Origin: Octopus vulgaris
Taxonomy: Eukaryota
Length of the DNA stretch: 64,000 nt
NCBI GenBank assembly: GCA_951406725.2
Contig: OX597818.1
Coordinates: 75,950,001 to 76,014,000, forward strand
Reading direction: 5' to 3'
The notes under the pieces are model-generated. The model had not been told where the DNA came from and made no database searches. It worked only from the letters and a program-made list of their open reading frames with translations. The stretch's first letter is position 1. Each line of letters starts with the position of its first letter. Positions 11,227 through 24,373 of the stretch are shown piece by piece. The translations under genes and the position numbers were made by a program.

Positions 11227-12147
11227 AATACAAAATGGGACATGAACGCAAAACATCCGGACAGCTAGGTGATACAAAAATGGGACAACAAAACATCCAG
11301 ATAGACGATACAAAGAAAACAAGGATGGGTCATTCAAAGTTTTCTTTCCTCAGTCAAGCACCAGATTATCCTCGCAATTTCGGCTGATTATACTTGAGAT
11401 TGCTCAAATCTGGCCAGCCCCAAGGAAAAACTAAGCTAAGAGTATTAGATTCCTTGGAAGAAAGCAGCGAATGTATACAAAAACAAGGACGGAAAAAAAA
11501 CGGATGTTACACAATACAATAAAAATAAAAACAGGACATAACAATAGGTGTCTTTCAACTAAGGACAAATTAAATTAAGCTGGTGTGTGTGGAAATGAAG
11601 CCTTACGGCAGGAATAGAAGATTTCACAAATACAGGGAGGAATATCGATGTTGCATGGACAACGGCCAGACCAAGAAAGAAAGAACAGGCTTGGTCGAAT
11701 GCCGGTCATGTGGGATGAGAAAAGAGAGAAGAAGCAGAGGGACAGAAGAATTGAGGAGCGAGAAAAAATGACAGGGACACAGTAAAGTGAAAAGTGGAGG
11801 GAAAGTTAGCAAGAAGAGAAGATAAAGAAATGTGAGAGAGGGGGAATGAAAGAATGAAGAGTGGAATGAACGAACAGGCGTGAAAGGGCTGATAGACAGA
11901 AATAGAGTCGTACAAGATTTAGAAAAATGTATATTTACATATAAGAGACCAAAGTGTATGTACGCCGCTATATATATATATATATATATATACATATACA
12001 AAAAATACAAAATGGGACAAGAACGCAAAACATCCGGACAGCTAGGTGATACAGAAATGGGACAACAAATCATCCAGATAGATGATACAAAGAAAACAAA
12101 GATGGGTCATTCGAAGTTTTCTTTCCTCAGTCAAGCACCAGATTATT
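11220..12147. repeat. Repeat with ~150-bp direct terminal duplication (pLTR-like partial tandem)
   Basis: AAAAAATACAAAATGGGACA...CAGTCAAGCACCAGATTAT at ~11220-11369 and ~12000-12147, each preceded by (TA)n. Confidence 0.6.
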
Positions 12148-12730
12148 TCTTTTCATCTGAAAATATTTACTTTTTTACCGAAAAGACTTATAGTTTTTAA
12201 GTGTGTAGTGTCCACAAAATCGACCAAAATCGATCTAGAAAGGGGAAGATGGGGAAGGGGGTCCTAAAAAAAAAAAAACATTTGCCAAAAAAATTTTCTA
12301 TTGTTAAAACAATGCTCCAGATCATTTCCATGGGCATCGTGAAAAAAAATTTGAAAAACCTCTGTTCAAACAGAGAAATTCCAATTTATATGGGTGAACT
12401 ACTCTGGACATCTGCCCATTTAAAAAAAAATATTTATTGAGTAACTGTAATTGTATTTATATAAACAGTATAAGTTAAATCAAAAGTTTAATAAAATCGA
12501 AAATACTTTGTAAGGGGTTGATTTCATTTAAGCCTAAGGAAACCACAGCAACAACTAATATCAGAGAAGATGCATGGTAAACTTCCAAGTTTTTTTTAAA
12601 GAACAAAAGTTTAAAAAATGCATCTTCTATGCCGCAAAATGCGATAAATGTAAAAGAATGTATTAGATAAGCTAATGAGAATTTTGGCATTTAAGTTGAC
12701 ACGTTTCTAATTATTTATGAATATATAGGT

Positions 12731-12890
12731 ACAGGAGTGGCTGTATGGTAAGAAGCTTGCTTCCCAACCACATGGTTCTGGGTTCAGTTCCAATGCGTGG
12801 CACCTTGGGTTTTCTACTATAGCCTCGGGCCGACCAAAGCCTTGTGAGTGGATTTGGTAGATGGAAACTGAAAGAAGCTCATTGTGTGTG
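12731..12890 (+). mobile_element. CORE-type SINE 5' part
   Basis: AGGAGTGGCTGTATGGTAAG...GGTTCAGTTCC...GGCACCTTGGG, same family as 3505-3876. Confidence 0.75.
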
Positions 12891-13659
12891 TATATGTGTA
12901 TATGTATATATATACACACACACACACATGATATATACACTGCTCTACATCTTAGAGTGTGCTTCTTCGGATTTATGTTTTCTACAAACGATCCTTTTCA
13001 CTTTCTGGCCAGAGTGTTTTACAGAGACCATGTAGTTTATGCTAAATAGCTGACCAGTAGGCCGTACCTGTACATATTTATGGAAACCACGGGTCTCTCA
13101 TAAATATGGAATGATTTGACCTCAGTTTCTCCACTATTTAAACACCATATTTTTAAGAGGTTATGGGCCAAGAGGTTTTCTGGGATCTGATAATATGCCA
13201 TAAAGCTAAACCCTTTATGGATAGGAAGCCTAAGGTAATCCCATAAACCGATGTTCCCCATTTTTAATATATAGCATTGGTTTTTACAATTCTGTAAATA
13301 ATAATGATAGTATTTTATAAGCTAAAGGCTTATAAGCAATCACCTCGCAATGAAGAAAAATAGTCTAATAATGGGGCATGTAAGTCCTTGACAGAAAAAA
13401 AACGTAGGTTTTCCCGTATGCGTGAATGAGAAAAAGAAGAAAATGGAGAAACTGACATTCAAATCAATATAATATGAAATTCTTATCCCTTCAGCCATTT
13501 CCATATCCAATTAATTCAATGTTTACAATTTACAAAATCAAACTAGAAAACTGGACAAAACAGAGAACACAATTGAAAAAAATTAAAAAGAAAAAAGAAG
13601 GAAAAAGACCAAAACAATTCACCACCTTGGGTTGAAGAGTTGGGGGCGCTGGAAAACCT

Positions 13660-15125
13660 CTCTAATGGCTATTGAGACATGCCAGCACGCTTGCAGAGCT
13701 GCCATGGGTGATGGCAAAGCTGATGCACTGGAACTGCCAAGTGCCCTCACGAGCCTCACCAGTTACCTCTGCAAGGTGAGTTGCCAGTGAAGACAGGAAT
13801 CTTGCAGTTAGTGGTCCGACCCCACCAAACGTCTTGAACGCCACAGGATGGAAAATATCGTTGGGCGACAGATCACGGTATTTCAGGATTTTGTTCTGCT
13901 AGGCTGCAGAAGCCGTGGATCTTGTTCTAACCGCAGCATCCAGGATGTGAGAAGAAGCAAGAGTCGCTGTGACCTCTGCTTTGCGACCAGCAGCACAGGG
14001 TGAGGCCGTCCCATCACATCTGGACAATCCAGATGGTTCCAAGATGAAGAGATGTTTGCCTGGGTCAAGCTCCTCTTGAGTATAAGGTTTAACTCCATAT
14101 GATGTGCAAAGCAACCAGCATTCAGGCAGCAAGAAAGGCATGGAGGCCTGAGGAGTCAAAGAGCCTTCCACAACAACAGATCAAACCCGTGCATACATCA
14201 GCTCCCACTCTGAGGGCAATGGAGACATGATGTTCATCCAAGTTGAGTAGGCCACCAACATTAGCCACAGGGATGGCATCAATCCAGTCATCTGAGTATT
14301 TGGTGCTAGCAGACAGTAAAGCGGCACCTTGAAAACTGTTTTGACTGGATGAAGAGGGAGTCGAAGGTGACCTTTGAAATTATGTTGTCCCAAGTTCTCT
14401 GACTCCAACAGTCCTCCACCTTCTCAGGAGCAGACAAGTCCAATTCCCTCCAGTGTTGGAAAGCTTCATCCAACTCCCTGTTGGAACTGGTCAATGTTGG
14501 AGAGGAGAGGATGTTGCTCACCAGAGTAGAGCAGGCATCGGTGGAGGAAAGGAAGCAGGGGAGAGAGAGGGATGAACACTTATAAAGACCAAGACCTCCA
14601 AATCACTTGGGCAATGCAACCTGATCAAGGGATGTTGGAGAGACATTGACTAAGCATTTCAGTCTCTCAAAGATTAGGTTGTCGAAGCATTGGAGGCATG
14701 ATGGGAATCGGTAAGATGAGCTGACTCTGAGTAAATATAGAAGCTTAGGGATTGAGAGGTAATTCCTAAGTAAGGAAAAACCTTGATGGGGTTTGATAGC
14801 TCAATATTTTTCAGTAATTGCTCAAGGGCAGCCACCTTCAACTGAAAGATGGACTCAAAGGCAAGGTGAGTGATTGGAGCACCTACAAAGCACCAAGCCG
14901 ATGGAGGAGGAACTGCAATGGAAGGGAAGGACTCCGCAAAAAGGTCACTAGTTGGTTGATATTGTGAAACCAGAGGTAACATTTGGAGCTGTTTACTTGG
15001 AGACCTCGGCGACCAAGCTACCCAACCATCATGTTTGCAATGGTGAGAATCCTGTCTGAAGGTCCCCCCCCCAAACAAGCATCATCGAGATACCAGACGT
15101 TGAGATCTAGCTCGATGCCCATCAT
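13660..15125 (-). mobile_element. CRE-clade-like non-LTR retrotransposon, 3' half (RT end plus restriction-like endonuclease), degraded
   Basis: LNVWYLDD at the 5' junction; EPSGLSRCDG; HPVAFKTFGGVGP; WQFQCISFAITHGSSASVL (RLE motif and CRE-type C-terminus). Confidence 0.75.
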
Positions 15126-15139
15126 GATCATGATCACCA

Positions 15140-18100
15140 TCGTTTAACTGGGGTCTGGGAAGCCCGAAGGCTGTACCAGGCCAGTCAGATCTGGCGGTGT
15201 TTCTACAGCTGGATGCCCTTCCCAACGCCAACCACTCCGTGAGTGTAGTGGGTGCTTTTTATGTGCCACCGACACAGGTGCCAGACGAGGCTGGCGAACG
15301 GCCACGCTCGGATGGTGTTTTTTACGTGCCACCGGCACGGAGGCCACGCAGGGCTGGCACGGCCACGATCGGATGGTGTTTGTCACGTGCCACCTGCATG
15401 GAGGCCAGTTGATGCGGTGCTGGCTACGGCCACGTTCGGATGGTTCTCTTACGTGCCACCGGCACCACAAACTACAAATTCCATTGATGTGGATCGATTT
15501 TAATTTGATTTGATTCTTCGATTTTGATTTTCACTTGCCTCAACAGGTCTTCACAAGTAGAGTTATGTGTCCCAAGAAGGAAGGTATGCACAGGTGGACT
15601 GACGTCCCAGGTAGGGGCCATGGGTTATGGCCTCACTTGTCCTGCTGGGTCTTCTCGCGCACAGCATACTTCCAAAGGTCTCGGTCTCTGGTCATTTCCT
15701 CGGTGAGACCTAAAGGGCGAAGGTCGTGTTTCACCACCTCATTCCAGGTTTTCCTGGGTCTACCTCTTCCACAGGTTCCCTCAACTGCTAGGGTGTGGCA
15801 CTTTTTCACACAACTATCTTCATCCATTCTTACCACGTGTCCATACCAGCGTAGACGTCTCTCTTGCATACCACAACTGATGCTTCTTAGGTCCAACTTT
15901 TCTCTCAAGGCACTTACACTTCGTTGGGTATGAACACTTGACATTACACATCCATCGGAGCATACTGGCTTCATTTCTTGCGAGCTTACGCATATCCTCA
16001 GCAGTCACGGCCCATGTTTCACTGCCATGTAGCATGGCTGTTCGTACACATGCGTCATACAGTCTGCCTTTTACTCTGAGCGAGAGGCCTTTTGTCACCA
16101 GCAGAGGTAAGAGCTCTCTGAACTTTGCCCAGGCTATTCTTACTCTAGCAGCTACACTTTCAGCACACCCACCCCCACTACTGACTTGATCACCTAGGTA
16201 ACGGAAATTATCAACTATTTCTAGTTTTTCTCCCTGGAATGTGGCGGAGGATGGTCTCTGCGCATTTTCAGTGTTTATTGCACCAGAGCATCTGCCACAT
16301 ACAAAAACTATATTCCTAGTTAACCTTCCTTTGGCATTGCTGCACCTCTTATGTGTCCATAGCTTACACTTGGTGCATCTTATAGAGTTCCTACCTACGC
16401 CTTTTCTACAGATCGAGCAGGGCCATCTACCTGAAGGCGTTTGAGATTTGTCTACCTTCCTACTTATTAGGACTTTGGTTTTAGCTAGATTGACTCTGAG
16501 GCCCTTCGATTCTAATCCTTGCTTCCACACCTGAAACTTCTCCTCGAGTTCTGATAGTAATTCAGCAATTAGAGCAAGGTCATCAGCATAGAGGAGCTCC
16601 CAGGGGCATCCTGTCTTGAATTCCTCCGTTATTGCCTGGAGGACTATGATAAATAGGAGGGGGTGAGGACTGAGCCTTGGTGGACCCCAACCTCCACCCG
16701 GAATTCTTCACTGTACACGTTGCCAACCCTCACCTTACTAACAGCGTCCCTGTACATGGCACGCACAGCTCTCACTAACCATTCATCTATCCCTAGTTTC
16801 CTCATTGACCACCAGATAAGGGAACGGGGGACCCTGTCAAAGGCTTTCTCCAAGTCAACGAAAGCCAGGAACAGAGTTTTATCTTTGGCTAGGTATTTCT
16901 CCTGCAGCTGTCTCACCAGAAATATGGCATCGGTGGTGCTTTTCCCTGGCACGAAACCAAACTGCATCACATCCAGGTTGACTCTCTCTCTCTAATCAGT
17001 TGGGCTATGACTCTTTCCGTAACCTTCATTACCTGATCCAACAGCTTGATACCTCTGTAATTATTTGTATCTAGGGCGTCACCTTTACCTTTGTAGCAGT
17101 TGACTATTATGCTACTACACCACTCATTGGGTATGACTCCTTCGTGTATCACCTGGTTAACTATACGGGTGACTAGGCTATAGCCGACACTGCCAGATAT
17201 TTTGAGCATCTCAGCAGTAATTCCTGATGGGCCTGGGGCTTTCCCTGTCTTCATGCTTCTAATTGCCTTAACTACCATGGAACTGTCAACTCGGATAGCT
17301 GGTCCCTCTATTGGGTCGACATTCGGCAGACTCTCTTTATCCTATTCATTCTCTTTGTTGAGCAACCTTTCATAGTGGCATCTCCAAACCTCTCTCTTTG
17401 CATCCTCATTTAGCGCAAGTGAACCATCATCCATGCGAACACATTTCTCTCCTACCACATCACGGTTCTCTCTCACACACTGTCTTGCAACATAAAACAC
17501 CTCAAGTCTTTGGTCCTCACGGCACAGAACATTGGCAAATTTTTTCTTACCTGCTTCCCCTCTGGCTAAATATACCTGTCTCCTAGCTTCTCTTTTCGCA
17601 GTCTGATACAATTCCCTACTATCGCCATTCCTCCAGTCCTTCCAAGCCTGTCTCTTGTCTCTAATAGCCCTGTCTACAGCATTGTTCCACCACCACGTTA
17701 CCCTGGGACGAGATGGGACTTTGCTCCATCCACAGATCTGGTCAGTGGCACTCAGCAGATTGTCCCGTAGAAACCTCCAGTTGGTTTCCACATTATGTGA
17801 TGCCATATCCCCTTCTATTTAGTCGAAAGCTTCGAGTAGGACTTCTCTAAATCTCCATCCATTTACAGGATCTTTAAGTTTCCAGACCTTTCTCCTCCGA
17901 GCTGGTCTTCTTCTGGGCAGCCATTTGGCCCTGATCCAGAAGTCGCTAACTACTAATCTATGTTGAGGAGTACATTTTGGAAGGAGAAACCCAGCATCCA
18001 CCTACTCCCTCCACAACACTAGTCTCAAAAAGTCTTCATGTGAACGTGACCTGGGTGTTATTGTCGACAGTGATTTCCGTTGGACAAAACACATCGCTAA

Positions 18101-19535
18101 AATTGTCTAGAAGGCTGAGGGTGTCTTGGCATCACTCACCAAATCCTTTGTGAGCTGCTCTCCGGCTATCTATCTGCGGCTTTATATAGCTATGGTAAGA
18201 CCTCACCTGGAATTTGCATCACCGGTCTGGAACCCCTATCTTGCCCAGGATATCAATCGTCTGGAAGCTGTTCAGCGACGTGCAACCAAAAGAATACCTT
18301 CCATCAGGCATTTGCCATATCCTGAACGCCTTACTTCCCTGGGCATGGACACATTGAAACTCTGACGTCTGGCAGCTGACTTGGAAGACACCCATAAAAT
18401 TATCAACCAAGTACAAACAATAACTCTGAGCACCTTTTCAAACTCCACCCATCTAACACCCGTGAACATATTTACAAAGTCAGAAAACAGCACAGCTCCC
18501 ATGACTTCAGGAAACATTTTTTCACGCTGAGAGTTGCTGAAGCATGGAACAAACTGCTGGCATCAGTAGTTAGTTGTCGGAGCACTGCATCCTTCAAAAC
18601 TTCCATGCTTTCTGAGATTCGCCAACACTACTACACCTGATTTTCTCCCCTCCATACACACACAAGCATGTATCTGACTCATACATTGTTCGCTTCCCAG
18701 ACATTTTTACATTACTGCATGTACTTTATATGCACTTTCTGACAAGTTGTGGTGCACCTGAGCACTGTATACAATAATTTCATTATTATATTATTATTAT
18801 TCCTCGCCTGGAAAGGTTTTGGCATTTATAAGCAGCCCTCTTTCCCTCTTTCTGGTGAGGATGTAGTCGATCTGGCTAGTGTGTCTGCCAGAATGGTAGG
18901 TGACTAGGTGAGAGGTGGGTTTCCTGAAGTTGGTATTGCAGACCATAAGGTCATTTGCATCGCAGAACTCCAGCAGCCTGGTTCCCTCCTCATTACGAGA
19001 GCCAAAACCGTAGCCTCCATGAACGCCATGGAAGCCTCCGACATGCCGTCCAACATGTCCATTGAAATCACCTGCCACGAAGAGAAGGTCACTGTCATTT
19101 GTCAACGAGGCAGTCCGCAATAGGGTGTCATAGAATTGGTCTTTTTGTCCTTCCGGTAGCCCTGGTTGAGGGGCATATGCCGAGATGATGGTAGCTGACC
19201 TATGGTGAAGCACTAATCTAATTTTAATTACTCTGACTACCTCGATTACCTTATCTACCCATTTCTCCGCAAGAAGTTGGTATAGCAAATCATAAGGTCA
19301 TTTACATCGCAGAACTCCAGCAGCCTGGTTCCCTCCTCATTGCGAGAACCAAAACCGTAGCCCCCATGTATGCCATGGAAGCCCCCGACATGCCGTCCAA
19401 CATGTCCATTGAAGTCACCTGCCACAAAGAGAAGGTCACTGTCATTTGTCAACAAGGTAGTCTGTAATAGGGTGTCATAGAATCGGTCTTTTTGTCCTTC
19501 TGGTAGCCCCGGCTGAGGGGCATATGCAGAGATGA
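15140..19535 (-). mobile_element. RTE-clade LINE (APE endonuclease, RT, PHD-like finger), 5'-truncated and interrupted
   Basis: IISAYAPQ, VAGDFNGH, SQIDYIL (APE); QFGFVPG, FVDLEKAFD, GVHQGSVL, YADD (RT); repeat-rich 3' UTR and tail near 15140. Frameshifted. Confidence 0.95.
17977..18797 (+). mobile_element. CR1/L2-group LINE 3' fragment nested in the RTE
   Basis: ERDLGVIVDS, LYIAMVRPHLEFASPVWNPY, LEAVQRRATK, YPERL; (ATT)n tail. Interrupts the RTE peptide PGEE|CTPQH. Confidence 0.9.
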
Positions 19536-20800
19536 TGATGTCATCAATGCCCTGTGCAAACAGAGCAGGCCCGAGTAGGATACCCTGTTGGACTCCTGAG
19601 GCAGAGGTGATGATTTAGTCACTGAAAGAGAGATAGGAAGGCTCTCGATAAGCCTGCCATGCAAGACGGTATAGTTGTGGGACCTTCTCTCTTACTGAGC
19701 TGAGGAGAGTTGAAGACATTCTTAAGGTCAAGTTTGAGGATGACCTTGGGTGACAAGGAGGGCAAGTTGGCATAGTCTCTGGTAGCATGGGCGACAGCTT
19801 CACATTCCAAATTGGTGCCCACTCCTAGCTGGGTGGGGAAAAATATTTCCTCCAATAAGTTAGAGACTGATTATAAGCACACTTTTGCAGTGAGACGGCA
19901 AAGGGTGAAGCCGACCACAATGGGACTTAGGTCTCCATTGGGTTTGGTGAGCCCAAATAATTTTGCACTGGAGAATAGTGGGCAGATATAATGGAAGACG
20001 TTTGCTGAAGAGAACTGGTTCACAAACTGAGTCATATTCCCCAAGAGCTCAAGTCCGGTGTCACCAGCTGATAAAGAGATACCATCCTTGAGATTTTGAG
20101 GCCAAAGGCCATTAATTCCCACACCTGAACCGGCAGGGAAGGATGAAATCACCTTTCTGATGTTATTAGAGGTGAAGACTGTCTCAAGTATTCTAGGGGA
20201 TCGGGCCAGTTTAGTTGATTATCAGGGAGTGCTTCTCTTTCAGACATCTAAGAGACTCAGAGTCACATGGAGCGAGATAGGATAGAGAAGAGAGGAGACA
20301 GACAGCCCCTTTTATGTCAGATTCACTGAATTTGTCATTGACTGTGCGCTTAAGGTTTATTGGTTGCCTGTCAGTAGGCACCATGCTTGATGTCAAGTTG
20401 AAGTGAGAAGTGGTTGGAGTAGACTCAAATAGCTGAAACTTGAGAGAGGATGTAAGGGAGCCCAATTTCGCATCATGCACATGGAAAGAGATGTCAGGGA
20501 ACAGAAACAGTTTCTGCCAGTTGGATGCATTGTTGGATAAACATACATTTTCTAACAAGCTGTAGAGTGCGCGGGCAAAGCTATTCTGAGCTCCCTTAGG
20601 GATCCGGTTAATGAGCTTCGATTTAGATAAAACCTGGAGGGCTGCAGCAAAGACCTCAGTAGAGAACTGGTTGTCGGAGTGTGAGGTGTCTCCACGGAGT
20701 GTGTCGGAGCTGAAGTGGCACTGACTGCAGGTCCAGTATGGAAGACTTTTGGTTTGAGCCTTGGTGATGCAGACAACTCCTGTGGTAATTTTGGTGGCAC
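19536..20800 (-). mobile_element. CRE-clade-like non-LTR retrotransposon, 5' half (RT domains 0-4)
   Basis: SFPAGSGVGINGLWPQ, LTKPNGDLSPIVVG, QLGVGT, ILKLDLKNVFNS, GVQQG..LGPALF; continues across the RTE insertion into WYLDD at ~15100. Confidence 0.75.
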
Positions 20801-21354
20801 AGGTGGTTAATAGGATATTTCATCAGGGCAGAATTCCCAGAAAGGAGTTACATCCCAACGTGTTAGTTTGCCAAAAGAGACCAATAGAATAAGTACTAGG
20901 CTTATAAAGGATAAATCCTGGGGCCAATTTGTTCGACTAAAGGTGGTGCTCCAGCATGGCCACAGTCAAATGACTGAAACAAGTAGAAGAATAAAAGAAT
21001 AAAAAAGAATATTACATCCTCAAAATTTTTAATGTCATAACTTTTATTTTAAATAAAATTTGCTCTTTTAAATTGGTTTTCATATGTTTTAAATTGTTTG
21101 TTTTTAAATAAAAGTTAATCTGGTTTAAAATTCATATAATTTAAATCATAGCATGTATATATTGGCATACCGCACATACCTTATTATATGCACTGTAAAA
21201 ACATTTTCATAAAGTGAAACAATATCGAATGGTTTTTTTTTCCTCGCTGAACTCATACAATGAAACTTTTGCTATTTTATTCAAAGTATGTCAACAATAG
21301 AGCAGAAATATCAATGGGGATGATGGTTTATTTTCCTTTCAGAAATATAATTGT

Positions 21355-22020
21355 TGGGCAAGTGTCTTCTACTATAGCCTTGAGCCAACCAAAGCCTTGT
21401 GAATAGATTTGGTAGATGAAAACCGAAAGAAGCCTGTCGTGTGTGTGAGGAGACCTATTGAGTGAAGTACATCAACATCAAAATAAAAATCAAATGGAAA
21501 TTGTAGTTGTGATACCCATGCTGGTGGCATGTAAAAAGCACCATCCTTATGCTGCTGATGCCAGCGCTGCCTTGGCAGGCTTCTGTGCCAGTTGCATGTA
21601 AAAAGCACCAACCGATTGTGGCCATTGCCAGCCTCCTCTGGCCCCTGTGCCGGTGGCACGTAAAAAGCACCTACTACACTCAGTGGTTGGCGTTGGGAAG
21701 GGCATCCAGCTGTAGAAACACTGTCAGATCAGACTGGAGCCTGGTGCAGTCTCCTAGCTTCCCAGACCTCGGTCGAACCGCCCAACCCATGCTAGCATGG
21801 AAAACGGACGTTAAACGATGATGATGATGTGTGTGTGTGTGTGTCCCACCAACGGTTGACAATCGATGTTGGTGTGTTCACGTCCCGGTAACTAAGCGGT
21901 TCGGCATAAGGTATTCGATAAAATAAGTACTAAGCTTACAAAGAATAAGTCCTGGGGTCGATTTGTTCGACTAAAGGCGGTGCTCCAGCATAGCCGCAGT
22001 CAAATGACTAAAACAAGTAA
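21355..22020 (+). mobile_element. CORE-type SINE with an RTE 3'-UTR fragment inserted in its (TG)n tract
   Basis: SINE body at 21355-21447 and ~21830-22020 flanks an RTE 3' end (GAGACCTATTGAG...GGACGTTAAACGATGATGATG). Confidence 0.7.
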
Positions 22021-22054
22021 AAAAATAACATTCAGAATTTAACGAGGATGCCAC

Positions 22055-22326
22055 GGTACTATTTAAGAAGAGTGGTCCCGGAGCGCGCACTCGCGTATCC
22101 GCGCTAGCTAGTCGTGACTAGTCGATCCTACAACGACTACCTAGCAAAGTAAATAAAACACGAAATAAATAATTTTTTAAAAATAAAATAAATAAAATAC
22201 AAAATAAATAATTTTTTAAACAAAGTAAATAAAAGACAAAAACACAGAGTAAGGATCGACTAGTCACGACTAGCTAGCGCGGATTCGCGAGTACGCGCAC
22301 CGGGACCGCTCTTCTTAAATAGTACT
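22055..22326. mobile_element. MITE with ~75-bp TIRs and 8-bp TSD, Merlin-like
   Basis: TSD GATGCCAC at 22047-22054 and 22327-22334; CpG-rich TIRs begin GGTACTATTTAAGAAGAG; AT-rich spacer. GG terminus plus 8-bp TSD fits Merlin. Confidence 0.85.
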
Positions 22327-22889
22327 GATGCCACTATGTCATCACCAGACCTGCTAGAAATAGTAGCCAAATCCAAACCCCGTACTATCTTAAATAAAGG
22401 ACAACACATTTGATAAGGTTATCTGAGGCACCCCTAAAATGACAAGACGTTTAATGGCTGGAATAGCTTTGATCATGGGTCTGTCTACTGGGGCAGGCTT
22501 GACCCAGGGCTAAAAGAAACTACGGCAATATGTTCCGTCTTCCTGTTCATTGTCTTATTAGTTCTAGCAGCTGTGATGTGGCCATGCTGGGGCAGTCATC
22601 AATTAGGATGTCTTCAAAACACAGACATTATTATATACAACCAAAAAACTCAGATAATTCGTATAACTACAAGTTACGATATATTTCTTTATGAAATAAT
22701 AACGCGTCTCCAGTCACCAAGTTGACAGCATTGTCTTGTATGTTTGACTCAATGCCCTGTCTAAGTACCAGCATTCTTGCTTATATTTCCTCAAAACGCA
22801 GGAACCAAAAATTAATAATAATATAACTCTGTTTCTCGTGAATTCTAAAATAAAACGAAAGATAAATGTTAATTAAATATAAGAAATAC

Positions 22890-23442
22890 CTAATAAAAAA
22901 TCAACCGGTCTGACGAATACCAAGTATTCATTTTCATAATTGTCTGTCTTGTCTTCTTCTGAGGAATTATTCTGAATCTTTTTGAAGTTAAGCATCGACT
23001 GAATTTCGTTGAGAGTAACAAGCCGATTCTCTTTGATGTAAAAATAAAAAGAAACTGCTTCGATAAACTCTTGTACTCCAAAAGTGTAGGCTTTGATATA
23101 TTGATAAGGGTCTTCTGCTTCTAGTTCTTTGGCGAGAGGAAGAAATTTTGTGCGCAATAATTCCTTAAACTTCGTGTCTGTTTGTCCGAGTATATTTTCG
23201 TTATCCCCTGAAGCATTTCGATGAAGTAGAAATATAATTCTTTTGCTTTCAATGGTGATGTCTCTACCCAGCTTAACAATCCGTTCGTATTTGTCGTGCC
23301 TAGCATCAATTTTTACTTGGTAAGTTCGAAAATTCTCGAGTAAATCTGAATCGATATCCGTTGTTGAGGCAGATTCTGGTGTGGAATTGCTATTTTTCTC
23401 ATTCTGTTCCTTTAAAGTTAAAGCGGGTGGATTTGCTGCCAT
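22890..23442 (-). CDS. TSNAX: TSNAX first coding exon
   Basis: ATG at 23442 (MAANP...). Contains DARHDKYERIVKLGRDITIESKRIIFLLHR and GVQEFIEAVSF. Donor TTAG|GTATTT at 22890, phase 1. Spliced CDS is 861 nt (286 aa). An upstream acceptor TTTCACAG at 23545 implies a 5'-UTR exon. Confidence 0.95.
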
Positions 23443-24373
23443 TATGTTTTCAACACAAAATGGACTGACAGAATTATTGGCCCTGAACCTCTTTATAATT
23501 CTATTCACAGTTTGCGTATCTTGGATGCTTCACAATATTTCCTCCTGTGAAATTAAAATTAAAAAATACTGAAAATTCCACAAGATAAGAGGCCTTCCTA
23601 TAAAATTTAACAGGAATCTATTTTATCAAAAAACTCTCTACAATAGTTAGTTTCATTTAATGTCATATTAAAATCAGGGTTATGCAGCTTCCTATGTAAG
23701 GGGACATAACTACAGATGTATACTCAGAGAAATGGATACTTTTAAAGAAATTTTCAACAAATAATCGCTTAGATCCTGTAGATTCAGTGTATGTAAAGAT
23801 TTGTTCGAAGAAATTTTTTCCAAGTGGTTGGGGACAGGATTTTCGGAATATTTACACGATTGGACATTTTCCCCCTCATAACTTTCAGGAAAATGGGTAT
23901 TTTTAATGAAATTTTATATGAATAAACTTTCAAACGGTATAGATTACGATTACTAAGAAATTTGTAGGCAAACTGTTTTGGAAGGGGACGTGGAGGGAAT
24001 GAGCTTCTGGAAAAAGGAGTTTCGGATCAGACGGTCCACATAAGTCGGAATTTATCCGTTTTGACGGGGATTTTTTTCCAATTTGTTTTATTCAGCTCAG
24101 TCTTCGGAATGATGGAAGGCATCTTTTCACGAAAAAAAAAAAAGTTTTGAAAATTTATGTTTTTTTTTCACTCCTGCCACCCCATTGCTACCCCAGTCAG
24201 GATTGATTTTGGTCAGTTTTTTTTTTCACTAGGCACTTAAAACACGTGAGAGAAACATTGTCGCTTGGAAAGTGTGATTTAAGGGAGATCTGGCTGTTGT
24301 TTCTAGCACATCTCAAGACCTCTCGCCTCGTTTCGTTCTCATTGATGTTTTTCAATATTTCATTTACCCACTA

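Noticed and set aside
11365-11432. Minus-strand junction TCCT-TGG-GGCTGG...TCAGCC-GAAA-TTGCG-AGGA resembling a hammerhead
   Set aside because: No CUGANGA-like segment and no UH cleavage site.
9319-23442. Functional link between TRAX/C3PO and the neighbouring dsRNA hairpins
   Set aside because: Proximity in an animal genome implies no operon-like relationship, and the hairpins are explained by transposons.
22873-23508. ORF-track start (MNRIIK) and tail (ISYI*) for TSNAX
   Set aside because: The start is a non-ATG codon and the tail runs past the splice donor at 22890.
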